From the NCBI GenBank assembly GCA_019429005.1, contig JAHYJR010000002.1:40752-104751 (forward strand): a stretch of DNA of 64,000 bases, read 5' to 3'. The position numbers were made by a program, and so were the translations under genes. Positions within the stretch are counted from its first letter, which is position 1, and each line of letters starts with the position of its first letter. This document shows positions 32,566-42,339 of the stretch, in pieces. The notes below the pieces were generated by a model. It was not told where the DNA came from. It saw nothing but the letters and a program-made list of their open reading frames with translations, and did no database searches. The stretch comes from Nanobdellati archaeon (GTDB lineage: Archaea > EX4484-52 > GLR71).

Positions 32566-33081
32566 ATGAAAAAACTTTACCTTGATATCGAAACAACAGG
32601 GCTTAGCAAACACAGTGATATCATAACAGTCGTTGGAATGTATGATGGTAAAAATGTAACTCAGCTTGTAAATGGAATCAATCTTGAATTTGAGGAAATT
32701 AATAAAATTATATCTAAATCAAAAACAATTATAACTTTCAATGGTCAACGTTTTGATATGCCATTTATTCTACATCATTTCCCTGAACTTAATGTAAACC
32801 ATACAGAACACGAAGACCTTATGTATCTTGGATGGTCTTTAGGATTAAAAGGGGGCTTAAAAAGTATTGAGACACATTTTGATATTAGTAGAGATTCAGG
32901 GATAACCAATGGTCTTGAAGCTGTAAGATTATGGCACAGTTACAAAAAAGGCAATAGTAATTCTTTAAAAAAACTTCTTGAATACAATCGAGAAGATATA
33001 GTCAATCTTGAACAAATTGAAACATTAATGAATAACATGAAAAATGCTAATAGTATTAAAAATCAAGAAATAAATGATTAA
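32566..33081 (+). CDS. YprB-like RNase H-fold (DEDD) exonuclease
   Basis: YLDIETTG, TFNGQRFD, GGLKSIE, YNREDI. Confidence 0.88.
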   Translation: MKKLYLDIETTGLSKHSDIITVVGMYDGKNVTQLVNGINLEFEEINKIISKSKTIITFNGQRFDMPFILHHFPELNVNHTEHEDLMYLGWSLGLKGGLKSIETHFDISRDSGITNGLEAVRLWHSYKKGNSNSLKKLLEYNREDIVNLEQIETLMNNMKNANSIKNQEIND

Positions 33082-34762
33082 CATGGATTTTGAAAAACTT
33101 ATTTCTTCAAATATAAATGATATCCACTTAAAAGATTTTTTAGAAGAATTACCAACTGACCCTGGAGTCTATCTAATGAAAAATGAGAAAAATGAAATTA
33201 TATATATAGGTAAAGCCAAAAATCTAAAAAAGCGAATTAAAAGTTATTTTATTATATCAAAAACACAACATATTAAAGTCGAAACAATGGTTTCGCACAT
33301 AAAATATGTAGATTTTATCGCAACGAATTCTGAAGTTGAAGCATTGATACTTGAATCCGAACTTGTTAAAAAATATAAACCTAAATATAACATATTACTC
33401 AAAGATGATAAGGGATTCCCATATATTGCAATAACAATGAATGAACAATATCCACGAATTCTTGTAACAAGACGTCTTACTAGCAAAAAAAATCTGTATT
33501 TTGGTCCATACACACAATCAATAATAAACACAGTAACGGTTCTAAGACAAATATTCAAAATACGAAATTGTAATTATAAAAATTTTAAAAAAAACAAAAG
33601 ACCTTGTTTAAGTTATGACATCAATAATTGTGAAGCACCCTGTCAAGATAAGATAACACAAAAAGAATATCTAAATAATATTGATAACTTGATTATGTTG
33701 CTTTCAGGCAAAGATGATTTTGTGATTAAAACACTTGAAGAAACAATGAAAAAATATTCTAAATCACACGAATTTGAAAAAGCTAAAGTTCTAAGAGATC
33801 GTATAATCAAAATAAAAAAACTTCTTGAAAAACAAGTCATTGTATCAGATAAAACGCATAATCAAGATGTTATAGGTGTATTTGGAGATAATGCTGGAAC
33901 TTTAATCAATATGATTTTTGTCAGAAATGGTGCAATAACAGGAAAACGCAGTTATATGTTTTCATCAGATAAACTTAATTATATACAAAATGAATCAAAA
34001 TTAATTTCAGAATTCATAAAACAATATTATAACACTCATGACAGATATATTCCTAAAGAGATATTATTACCCTCTGAAATTGATGATAATGAATTAATCG
34101 CAGAATGGCTTTCAAAAAAGACAAATAATAAGATTAATTTGAAATATCCAAAACGTGGAAAATTAAAAGCTCTTATTGAGATAGCCAATAAAAACGCAAA
34201 TTTAATGTATATACAATCTGAAGAAAAATCAATAAGAAATATTGAAATATTGAACAAACTAAAATCAATCTTAAAAATGGATAAAGTACCGCGTACAATT
34301 GAAGCCTTTGACATTTCAACATTACTTGGAAAAGATTCAGTAGCATCTTGCGTCAGATTTAAAAATGGTGTTCCAGACAAATCCAATTATAGAAAATTCA
34401 AGATTAAAACAGTTGAAGAACAAAATGATTTTGCTATGATGAACGAAGTAATTAAACGTAGATATAAACGAATCATTGATGAAAATAAAAAAATGCCAAA
34501 CCTAATTCTAATAGACGGTGGTAAAGGCCAACTAAAATTTGCTATTGACGCTTTAAAATCAATTGGAATACAAAATCAACCAATTATATCTCTTGCTAAA
34601 CGAGAAGAAGAAATACACATACCCTGGAGATCCGAACCTATTAAACTTGAACAAAAATCAGAAATATTGCATCTTCTAATGTACATTCGTGATGAATCCC
34701 ATAGATTTGCCTTAAGTTACCATAAAACTCTTAGAAAAAAAAGTTTTATTAAAAAACAATAA
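33074..34762 (+). CDS. uvrC: Excinuclease ABC subunit C (no C-terminal HhH)
   Basis: GIY-YIG (PGVYLM..IIYIGKAKNL), Cys cluster, UVR domain, EAFDIS, LIDGGKGQL, RDESHRFA. Confidence 0.96.
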   Translation: MINMDFEKLISSNINDIHLKDFLEELPTDPGVYLMKNEKNEIIYIGKAKNLKKRIKSYFIISKTQHIKVETMVSHIKYVDFIATNSEVEALILESELVKKYKPKYNILLKDDKGFPYIAITMNEQYPRILVTRRLTSKKNLYFGPYTQSIINTVTVLRQIFKIRNCNYKNFKKNKRPCLSYDINNCEAPCQDKITQKEYLNNIDNLIMLLSGKDDFVIKTLEETMKKYSKSHEFEKAKVLRDRIIKIKKLLEKQVIVSDKTHNQDVIGVFGDNAGTLINMIFVRNGAITGKRSYMFSSDKLNYIQNESKLISEFIKQYYNTHDRYIPKEILLPSEIDDNELIAEWLSKKTNNKINLKYPKRGKLKALIEIANKNANLMYIQSEEKSIRNIEILNKLKSILKMDKVPRTIEAFDISTLLGKDSVASCVRFKNGVPDKSNYRKFKIKTVEEQNDFAMMNEVIKRRYKRIIDENKKMPNLILIDGGKGQLKFAIDALKSIGIQNQPIISLAKREEEIHIPWRSEPIKLEQKSEILHLLMYIRDESHRFALSYHKTLRKKSFIKKQ

Positions 34763-34784
34763 AAACAAAAATTAATTATAAGAC

Positions 34785-34982
34785 AAAATAATTTATAATA
34801 AAAATAATTTATAATAAAAATAATTTATAATAAAAATAATTATAATCAAAATAATTATAATAAAAATAATTTATAATAAAAATAATTATAATAAAAATAA
34901 TTATAATAAAAATAATTATAATAAAAATAATTATAATAAAAATAATTATAATAAAAATAATTATAATAAAAATAATTATAAC
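34785..34982. repeat. Tandem array of ~13 mixed 15/16-bp units AAAAATAAT(T)TATAAT
   Basis: Seen directly, between convergent uvrC and the ABC permease. Confidence 0.95.
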
Positions 34983-35019
34983 AAAAAAATATAATAAAAT
35001 AACAATCATTTCTCATAAA

Positions 35020-36258
35020 CTATTTACTTAAACTCTCAACAGGATTTAGATTTGCAGCTTGTCTTGCAGGGAAAATACCGGACACACTACCAATTACTGT
35101 TGAAAATACAATTACGGCAAGACTTAACATTATATCAAATTCAATATTCAGTATACCTGTTCCAACAGTCATTGCAGCTGCAAAACCAGCCATTTTTGCG
35201 ATACCGTAACCCACAATTGAACCTAAAACACCACCTGTAAAACCTAAAATACTAGATTCAATCAAAAAGATCAATAAAATATCATTATTTCTTGCACCAA
35301 TCGCTTTCATAATACCTATATCTTTTCTACGTTCAATTACTGAAGTATACATAGTATTCATTATACCAAGACCACCAACAAAAAGAGAGATACCAGCAAG
35401 ACCAATTAATATGACTTGCACAATATTCAATATAGTACCTAAACTATCCATCAATTCTTCAGTCGTTTGTATAGTAAAGTCTTCTTTACCTTCTTTAACA
35501 TCTCTATCTTTTCGCATAGCTTTCTTTATATCCTCAGCGACATCAGCAGGATTAAAATTATCTTTAACATCAACCATTATGATCATATAATCATCAGTCA
35601 TATTAAATACTTTTTTTGCAGTTTCAAGAGGTATAAATATATTTTGATCATCCATATTATTTCCAAGAGTCTCAAGAGAACCTATAACTTTTAAATCATA
35701 ACCATTTATTTCAATTTTACTTCCAATAGTGACTTCTTTACCAAAAAATTGTCCATGACGAACTCTTGTTCCAATAAGTGCATGATATGTATCAGTTGAT
35801 CTTGCATCACGACCATCTTCAATCACAAAATTACTCATCCTTTGAATAATCTTATATGATTCATCAATAGCAAATCCACTTATAAATGTGTTTTTTGATA
35901 TACCTTTAAATTTGACTTGTGCCTCTTTTGTTATCATGCCACCTGCCATATCAACACCCTTTACAGATTCAATCAGATCAATATCGTCATCTGTAAGTTT
36001 TCCTGTTGACATAGCACCAGGCATACCCATAGAACCCGCAGAACCCATAGCACTTCCAGGCATAATCATAAGTATATCAGTTCCAATCTCTTCAAATTGT
36101 TGCATAATTGCAGATTCAAGACCATTACCCATACTGATAAGAGAAACAACTGCAGCAATGCCTATAACTATACCTATCATCGTAAGATAAGATCTTGTCT
36201 GTCTTTCTCTTAAATTACGTAAAACGTAAAGGACATAATCATACAACATAAGCATCAT
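35020..36258 (-). CDS. MacB/FtsX-family ABC transporter permease
   Basis: RSYLTMIGIVIGIAAVV, GGLGIMNTMYTSVIERRKDIGIMKAIGA, PARQAANLNPVESL. Confidence 0.93.
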   Translation of the reverse strand: MMLMLYDYVLYVLRNLRERQTRSYLTMIGIVIGIAAVVSLISMGNGLESAIMQQFEEIGTDILMIMPGSAMGSAGSMGMPGAMSTGKLTDDDIDLIESVKGVDMAGGMITKEAQVKFKGISKNTFISGFAIDESYKIIQRMSNFVIEDGRDARSTDTYHALIGTRVRHGQFFGKEVTIGSKIEINGYDLKVIGSLETLGNNMDDQNIFIPLETAKKVFNMTDDYMIIMVDVKDNFNPADVAEDIKKAMRKDRDVKEGKEDFTIQTTEELMDSLGTILNIVQVILIGLAGISLFVGGLGIMNTMYTSVIERRKDIGIMKAIGARNNDILLIFLIESSILGFTGGVLGSIVGYGIAKMAGFAAAMTVGTGILNIEFDIMLSLAVIVFSTVIGSVSGIFPARQAANLNPVESLSK

Positions 36259-36716
36259 TTGTTTTGTATTAATATATAATTAATCATATCTTTGACTTTA
36301 ACTGCAGACGATTCACATTCAACACTTAATTTATCATGAAAACCTATTCTTTTAGGTTTTATGCCAATAAATATTATTTCAGCTTCAGAATTATTTTCAA
36401 GATATTTTATAAAAAGTTCTAATGGCAATTTATGCGTTGAAAGAGAAATATCACGTATTTCATTTCGTTTTATAATTTTAATTTCGCCAGGCAAACCTTT
36501 AAAATCAGCAGCATCAACAAGTATAATCTTTTTAGGTTCAAAAGAAATAATTTTTCCAACAAAATTCTCAGGAGCTAAACCACATTCAATTAAGTGTGCA
36601 TTAACATTATCATATCTTAAAAGATCTAATACATACGGCCCGATACTATCATCACCACGCATAGTATTTCCAATACCACAAATTACAACATTTTTTGAAA
36701 TATTGTTTAAGACCAT
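36255..36716 (-). CDS. hycI: Hydrogenase maturation endopeptidase (HycI type)
   Basis: GIGNTMRGDDSIG, APEN, LVDAAD, STHKLPL. Confidence 0.9.
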   Translation of the reverse strand: MVLNNISKNVVICGIGNTMRGDDSIGPYVLDLLRYDNVNAHLIECGLAPENFVGKIISFEPKKIILVDAADFKGLPGEIKIIKRNEIRDISLSTHKLPLELFIKYLENNSEAEIIFIGIKPKRIGFHDKLSVECESSAVKVKDMINYILIQNK

Positions 36717-36782
36717 AAAAATAATAGTTCATAAAAAGTTAAATAAACATTTGAGAACAAAAATATTGTTAAGGTAGATATT

Positions 36783-37100
36783 ATGCATGATGTTAAAGCT
36801 GTGAGATATGTTATTGAAGAACTTAAACAAATCAAAACCTATAAAGCCAAAATCATACTTGGAGAACTTGTTACAACAAAAGAATCATTTAAATCAATGT
36901 TTGATGAGATGGTTAAAAACACACAACTCGAAAAAATTAAACTTGATATAATTTCAATCAAACCAAGAATAAAATGTACTTGTGGTTATGAAGGAGGTAT
37001 AACAATACCAAAAGGTGCACACCTGCATTATGTAAGATGCCCTGATTGTAATAAAATTGCAGATATTATAGAAGGTAATGAGATTAAAGTTATAATCTAA
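36783..37100 (+). CDS. hypA: Hydrogenase nickel metallochaperone HypA (divergent)
   Basis: N-terminal MHD, LGEL, CxC...CPxC, GNEI; locus context. Confidence 0.82.
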   Translation: MHDVKAVRYVIEELKQIKTYKAKIILGELVTTKESFKSMFDEMVKNTQLEKIKLDIISIKPRIKCTCGYEGGITIPKGAHLHYVRCPDCNKIADIIEGNEIKVII

Positions 37101-37169
37101 ATTTAATTATAAATAAAGGTCTTCAACAAAATATTTCATATTTATTAAACCCTTTAAACAAATAATTTT

Positions 37170-39524
37170 ATGTCCAATTTATATCTGTTTAAAATCAAAG
37201 GCACAGTTCAAGGTGTCGGATTCAGACCATACATCTATAACTGTGCAATAAAAAATAACTTAAAAGGATATATCAGAAACACAACAGATGGTGTTGAAAT
37301 ATTAATTGATAACAAAGATAAAATGATATCAATACTTAAAAACATCCCAAAAGCTGCTAACATAGAATCAATCAATATTCAAAAACAAGAGAACATAATA
37401 TTTGATAACAAAAAAGTTGATAACAAAACAGTTGATAACAAAACAACCAATAACAAAAAAGGTAATACAAATAAAAATGATAAGGATACAACTGTTTCAG
37501 ATTCATTCAAGATTATAAACAGCGAAACAAAAACAGATAAGATTTTATTATCAATACCTCCCGATTTAGATCTATGTAACGATTGTCTTAATGATCTAAA
37601 AAATAAAGATAATAAACGTTTTAATTATTTTTTTACAACTTGTACAAATTGCGGTCCACGATATAGCATAGTACACAAATTACCTTATGACCGCAATAAT
37701 ACTGCTATGACTTCATTTATTATGTGCCCTTCATGTAATACAGAATATAAAAATCCACAAAACAGACGATTTCATGCTCAAACAATAGCTTGTCCCTCAT
37801 GTGGTCCTGAAATAAATCTGTATTATAAAAATAAAAAAATAATATGCACAAACCCAATAAAAGAATGTGCTAAACTAATAACAGAAGGAAATATTATTGC
37901 AATAAAAGGTGTTGGTGGATTCCATCTTGCATGCAAAACAGACATAAAAATAATCAATAATTTAAGAACATTGACAAGACGAAAACATAAACCCTTTGCA
38001 GTTATGGTAAAAGACCTAAATATGGCTCAAGAGTTCACTAATATAAACAATCACGAAAAAAAAGCATTAGAAAGTATCGAAAAACAGATAGTTATCTTAA
38101 AAAAAAAAGATAAAACAATATTAAAACACGTTTCTGAATTAGACACAATTGGTATTATGTTACCATATACCGCATTACATCACCTTATATTTGATCATAT
38201 TGATTTTCCAATAATACTAACCAGTTCAAATATGCCCGGAGACCCTATTACATCAGATAAAAAATATCAAGATCCATTTACAGATTATGTTCTTGACAAT
38301 ACAAAAGAAATTATAAACACCGTTGATGATTCAATTGTAAAAATAATCTCAGATAAAACATTATTGCTTAGACGTTCAAGAGGATATGTACCTAAGACAA
38401 TTGATATTTCATTTATGACAAATAAGATTAATTGTAAAAATAAAAATTGTAAAAATTATAATTGTAAAAATAATTATACAAATCAAAACAATAAAATAAA
38501 TAATAAAGATCAATGCATTCTTGCAGTTGGTGTCGAAGACAATACAACATTTTGTATCTATAAAGACGGAAAAGCTATAATGTCACCATATTTTGGAAAC
38601 ACAAGAAATCTAAAAACATATGAGTATTTTAAAGAATCAATCACGAAATTTCTCAAATTCGTTGATGCTGTACCAGATAAAATAATTTGCGATTTTAATC
38701 CAACATATATGACATCAATTTATGCTAAAGAATTAGGATCTAAACTAAATATTCCCGTTTTAAATGTTCAACATCATCTAGCTCATATGTATTCTGCAGC
38801 AATCGAACAAGGGTTTAAATACAATACAAATTTCGTAGGTATCATTTGTGATGGCTCTGGTCTTGGACTTGATGGAAACATCTGGGGTGGTGAAGTATTC
38901 TATAAAGGTCAAAAAGTTGGAAGTCTCGAAGAACAATACCTTCTTGGTGGCTCAAGTGCTATTACAAATCCAAAAAAAATGTTATATTCAATACTCCGGA
39001 AATTTATGGACGATAAACAAATAACTGAATTTGGTTTCAAAAACAAGAACCTAAAAATATTTTCAAAACAATATAACACAAAAATAAATTCATCAATAAC
39101 TACAAGTTGTGGACGTATTCTTGATGCTGCATCTGCACTTCTTGATGTCTGTGATTATAGAGATTATGAAGGACGTCCAGCAATGCTTCTTGAATCCATA
39201 TCTACGAAACCATATGATTTTGAACCGATAATAAAAACATATCAGAACAAACAAATTCTTATGACAACACCACTATTTGAATACTTAATAAAAAATATTA
39301 AAAAAGATAAATCTCGTCTTGCAGCAACCGTCCAATTATATCTTGCAAAAGGATTATATACAATCGCAAAAAGTTTTAATAAAAACATTATATTTAGTGG
39401 TGGTTGTGCTTATAACAAGATAATGACCGAATTCATGATTAAAAATTCTGTTAATATTGCTCAAAAATCACCTTGTGGTGACGGAGGTATCAGTTTAGGA
39501 CAGATTGCATCTCAATTCTATTAA
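37170..39524 (+). CDS. hypF: Carbamoyltransferase HypF
   Basis: GTVQGVGFRP, CTNCGPRY, RRFHAQTIACPSCGP, KGVGGFHLAC, QHHLAH, GDGGISLGQ. Confidence 0.96.
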   Translation: MSNLYLFKIKGTVQGVGFRPYIYNCAIKNNLKGYIRNTTDGVEILIDNKDKMISILKNIPKAANIESINIQKQENIIFDNKKVDNKTVDNKTTNNKKGNTNKNDKDTTVSDSFKIINSETKTDKILLSIPPDLDLCNDCLNDLKNKDNKRFNYFFTTCTNCGPRYSIVHKLPYDRNNTAMTSFIMCPSCNTEYKNPQNRRFHAQTIACPSCGPEINLYYKNKKIICTNPIKECAKLITEGNIIAIKGVGGFHLACKTDIKIINNLRTLTRRKHKPFAVMVKDLNMAQEFTNINNHEKKALESIEKQIVILKKKDKTILKHVSELDTIGIMLPYTALHHLIFDHIDFPIILTSSNMPGDPITSDKKYQDPFTDYVLDNTKEIINTVDDSIVKIISDKTLLLRRSRGYVPKTIDISFMTNKINCKNKNCKNYNCKNNYTNQNNKINNKDQCILAVGVEDNTTFCIYKDGKAIMSPYFGNTRNLKTYEYFKESITKFLKFVDAVPDKIICDFNPTYMTSIYAKELGSKLNIPVLNVQHHLAHMYSAAIEQGFKYNTNFVGIICDGSGLGLDGNIWGGEVFYKGQKVGSLEEQYLLGGSSAITNPKKMLYSILRKFMDDKQITEFGFKNKNLKIFSKQYNTKINSSITTSCGRILDAASALLDVCDYRDYEGRPAMLLESISTKPYDFEPIIKTYQNKQILMTTPLFEYLIKNIKKDKSRLAATVQLYLAKGLYTIAKSFNKNIIFSGGCAYNKIMTEFMIKNSVNIAQKSPCGDGGISLGQIASQFY
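37402..37446. repeat. In-frame 15-bp repeat x3 in hypF (DNKKV/DNKTV/DNKTT)
   Basis: TTGATAACAAAA(A/C)A(G/A) units. Confidence 0.85.
38430..38474. repeat. In-frame 15-bp repeat x3 in hypF (NCKNK/NCKNY/NCKNN)
   Basis: AATTGTAAAAATnnn units. Confidence 0.85.
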
Positions 39525-39607
39525 ATCCTTTAAATACAATATATTATTCCAATAAATACAATCTCTTTTAAATACAAATATTTAAACTAAAAAAACTAAA
39601 TATCCTT

Positions 39608-39775
39608 ATGTTAAACAGTTCAAGTGCATGGGGTATAGGATTTATACTTGCCGGATTATACATAGGAATATCAATAAAAGATATTAAAAATAGTATTGTA
39701 CTGTTATTGGTGGGTATTAGTTTAATTATTTTCAAAAATCGTGAAAATATTATTGAAGTGGTGAAAAAGAAATGA
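39608..39775 (+). CDS. Small two-TM membrane protein (55 aa)
   Basis: MLNSSSAWGIGFILAGLYIG...; ATGA overlap with the YbjQ-like gene; below the ORF-track cutoff. Confidence 0.7.
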   Translation: MLNSSSAWGIGFILAGLYIGISIKDIKNSIVLLLVGISLIIFKNRENIIEVVKKK

Positions 39776-40092
39776 TTATTGTAACAACAGATTTTATTGA
39801 AGGGTATAAAATAACAAAAACATTAGGTGTTGTAGTTGGAAATACCGTTAGAGCTAAAAATATAGGTAAAGATATTATGGCAGGCCTTAAAAATATTGTT
39901 GGTGGCGAACTTAATGAATATACATCGATGCTTTCAGATGCAAGAGATGAATCCATGAACCGTATGATAAATAAAGCAACAGATCTTGATGCAGATGCAA
40001 TCATCAATATCAGATTTATGACTTCAGCAATAACTGGTGGTGCAGCAGAACTTATGAGTTATGGTACTGCTGTAAAGATTACAAAAAAATAG
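39772..40092 (+). CDS. YbjQ / UPF0145 family protein
   Basis: MIIVTTDFIEG, GLKNIVGGEL..Y, ADAIINIRF, YGTAV. Confidence 0.93.
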   Translation: MIIVTTDFIEGYKITKTLGVVVGNTVRAKNIGKDIMAGLKNIVGGELNEYTSMLSDARDESMNRMINKATDLDADAIINIRFMTSAITGGAAELMSYGTAVKITKK

Positions 40093-40139
40093 TTAAAAAT
40101 ATTTAGGTCAAAATAAAAAATTAACCTTTTAAAAATAAA

Positions 40140-40538
40140 TTAATTATATGTCATTTTAGTTCTTTGAATAAATACATCTTTATACTCATCTGCAAGTTCA
40201 ATAAACTGTTCATCCATTGTATTTTTTAAAGACACATTGGAACCACTATTATCCAAATCTTTAGACTGATTTTTAAATGCACCAACATCTACTGTTGTAA
40301 CACAATATAAATATTTATTTTCAAGACCCTTATCATTAAGATTATAATGTTTTGTCAACGCCCACCATACAGGATTTAAAACATTATTACCACTTAAATT
40401 ATATTCAAGTTTAAGTTCTTCAAGATAAACCCAAAAATCTAAATTAGATATTGAACCGCCTTGCGATTCTACCCTTCTTATTGCATCACTGCAAATTTCA
40501 TAGAATACTTCCCCTAACACACTTTTTTCATTAGCCAT
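40140..40538 (-). CDS. Hypothetical protein
   Basis: 132-aa ORF. Confidence 0.55.
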   Translation of the reverse strand: MANEKSVLGEVFYEICSDAIRRVESQGGSISNLDFWVYLEELKLEYNLSGNNVLNPVWWALTKHYNLNDKGLENKYLYCVTTVDVGAFKNQSKDLDNSGSNVSLKNTMDEQFIELADEYKDVFIQRTKMTYN

Positions 40539-40697
40539 ATTGAGCCTTATATATCTTTGATTCTTATATTTAAAAACATTTGTTATATTAAAAAAAATAC
40601 GAAAAAATTAAATAAATAAAACCAAAAAAAAGAAAAATAAATCAATTTAATATCAAAATCATTAAATTATGACATTGATATTAAATCCAATCTTAAA

Positions 40698-41255
40698 TTA
40701 TTTATCTTCAAGCTCCTTTGTTGCAATCATAATCATAATAACAGTCAAAGGCGTTGTAATCAAATTGAAAAATGGAATAAATCCACCCACTGCATTAATA
40801 CCAAATGTTACAAGAGTTAGGATAACTGTAAATAACAGGTTATTTTTTGCAATATTATAACTTGCACTCATACTATCTGTAACACCCATATTTTTTATTA
40901 TTGAAATTGGTATCGTATATATTAATAGGAAAGCTACAACAATTCCAGGTATAATAAACGCAATTACACCAATTACTACTAATATAAAAGTTAAAAGGAA
41001 AATACTCCAACTCCTAAAGAAATAATTGAATCCTTCAAAAACATCTTTTACTTCAGCTTTTTCTTTTTTGACAAGCTTATGACAAAGCATAAAGAATCCG
41101 TATGAAAGCGGTGCAATCGTTATTATAAAAATAGAACCTAATGCAACAATTAATGCTGAAATAACCAACATCACAAAATTATTTTTGAATATATTGAAAG
41201 CATCTGTAATAACAGTTTCAACTTTCAAATCTTTTATCTTCTCAACTTTTGCCAT
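40698..41255 (-). CDS. Integral membrane protein (DUF975-like)
   Basis: Multiple TM segments, DVFEGF, IIPGIV; GTGAT SD. Confidence 0.75.
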   Translation of the reverse strand: MAKVEKIKDLKVETVITDAFNIFKNNFVMLVISALIVALGSIFIITIAPLSYGFFMLCHKLVKKEKAEVKDVFEGFNYFFRSWSIFLLTFILVVIGVIAFIIPGIVVAFLLIYTIPISIIKNMGVTDSMSASYNIAKNNLLFTVILTLVTFGINAVGGFIPFFNLITTPLTVIMIMIATKELEDK

Positions 41256-41348
41256 ATAAATCACATTTTTTTAATTAATATAATACTTAATTAATATAAT
41301 ATTTATTTGTTCTTAAGATATATAAAATAGTACATAATCAGAACATAA

Positions 41349-42335
41349 TCAACATATCCGCGGTATAATCCGACCTCGAGGATTTGAAAGTATTCTTTCA
41401 CCAAATTTTGTCTTAAGAACAACACCCTTACCCACACGAACAGAACCAATCACATCTGCATTAACATCAAATTCCCGTAATAAATTAACAACCTCTCGTG
41501 CATCATCTTTCTTAGCAACACAAACAAATCGACCTTCACATGCCATCTCATACGGACTTATACCAAGAACATCACAAAGAGATAAGACCTCTCGTTTAAC
41601 AGGAATCTTTGACTCATCAATATACAACTGAACTGAATCCTTTTCAGCCATTTCATTCAAAATTGCTGCAATACCACCCCTTGTTGGATCCTTTGCAACC
41701 TTAATCAGATGTTTAATCTTAAGAACTTCATCTACAATAGGTTTAGAATCTGTTTTGAGATTTGTATCGAAATCCAACCGCACTGCCATTAAACTTGCAC
41801 CATGATCCCCGATAGACCCAGACACGATAATTACATCGCCATCACATATAGATTCATCAAGAACCGTATCTGATATACCTACAGCAGATGTATTTATAAT
41901 AATTTTATCTATTTTCCCACATTCCATAACCTTCGTATCACCTGTAACAACTGGAATATTTGTAGCTTTTGAAACATCAGCAATAGACTTAATTATCTTA
42001 TCAAGATCGGATTTAGAAAAACCTTCTTCTATCACAAAACTTACAGAAATGCCAAGAGGTTTTGCACCCATAACAGCAATATCATTGATAGTACCACACA
42101 TTGCAAGATGACCAATATCCCTTCCATTGAAAAAAATAGGATCAACTACAAAAGAATCTGATGTAAAAAATATATATTTATCTCCAATAAGAATCGTAGC
42201 TGAATCATTATCAGAATTATTCCAATTACCACTACCACCAAAAGTATCTCTAAAAGTAGTAATAAGATTCTGCATTTCTTCTCCACCACTTCCCTCACTC
42301 AATGAGATCTTGTCATCTTTAATAAAAGAAACCAT
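41349..42335 (-). CDS. hypE: Hydrogenase maturation carbamoyl dehydratase HypE
   Basis: GSGG, DSFVVDP, GTINDIA, TGDTKV, KDPTRGG, C-terminal PRIC; start moved to ATG 42335. Confidence 0.96.
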   Translation of the reverse strand: MVSFIKDDKISLSEGSGGEEMQNLITTFRDTFGGSGNWNNSDNDSATILIGDKYIFFTSDSFVVDPIFFNGRDIGHLAMCGTINDIAVMGAKPLGISVSFVIEEGFSKSDLDKIIKSIADVSKATNIPVVTGDTKVMECGKIDKIIINTSAVGISDTVLDESICDGDVIIVSGSIGDHGASLMAVRLDFDTNLKTDSKPIVDEVLKIKHLIKVAKDPTRGGIAAILNEMAEKDSVQLYIDESKIPVKREVLSLCDVLGISPYEMACEGRFVCVAKKDDAREVVNLLREFDVNADVIGSVRVGKGVVLKTKFGERILSNPRGRIIPRIC

Positions 42336-42339
42336 AAAA

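Noticed and set aside
34809-35009. 66-aa ORF with IIIIF repeats
   Set aside because: It is a translation of the 15-bp array, and the 16-bp units break its periodicity.
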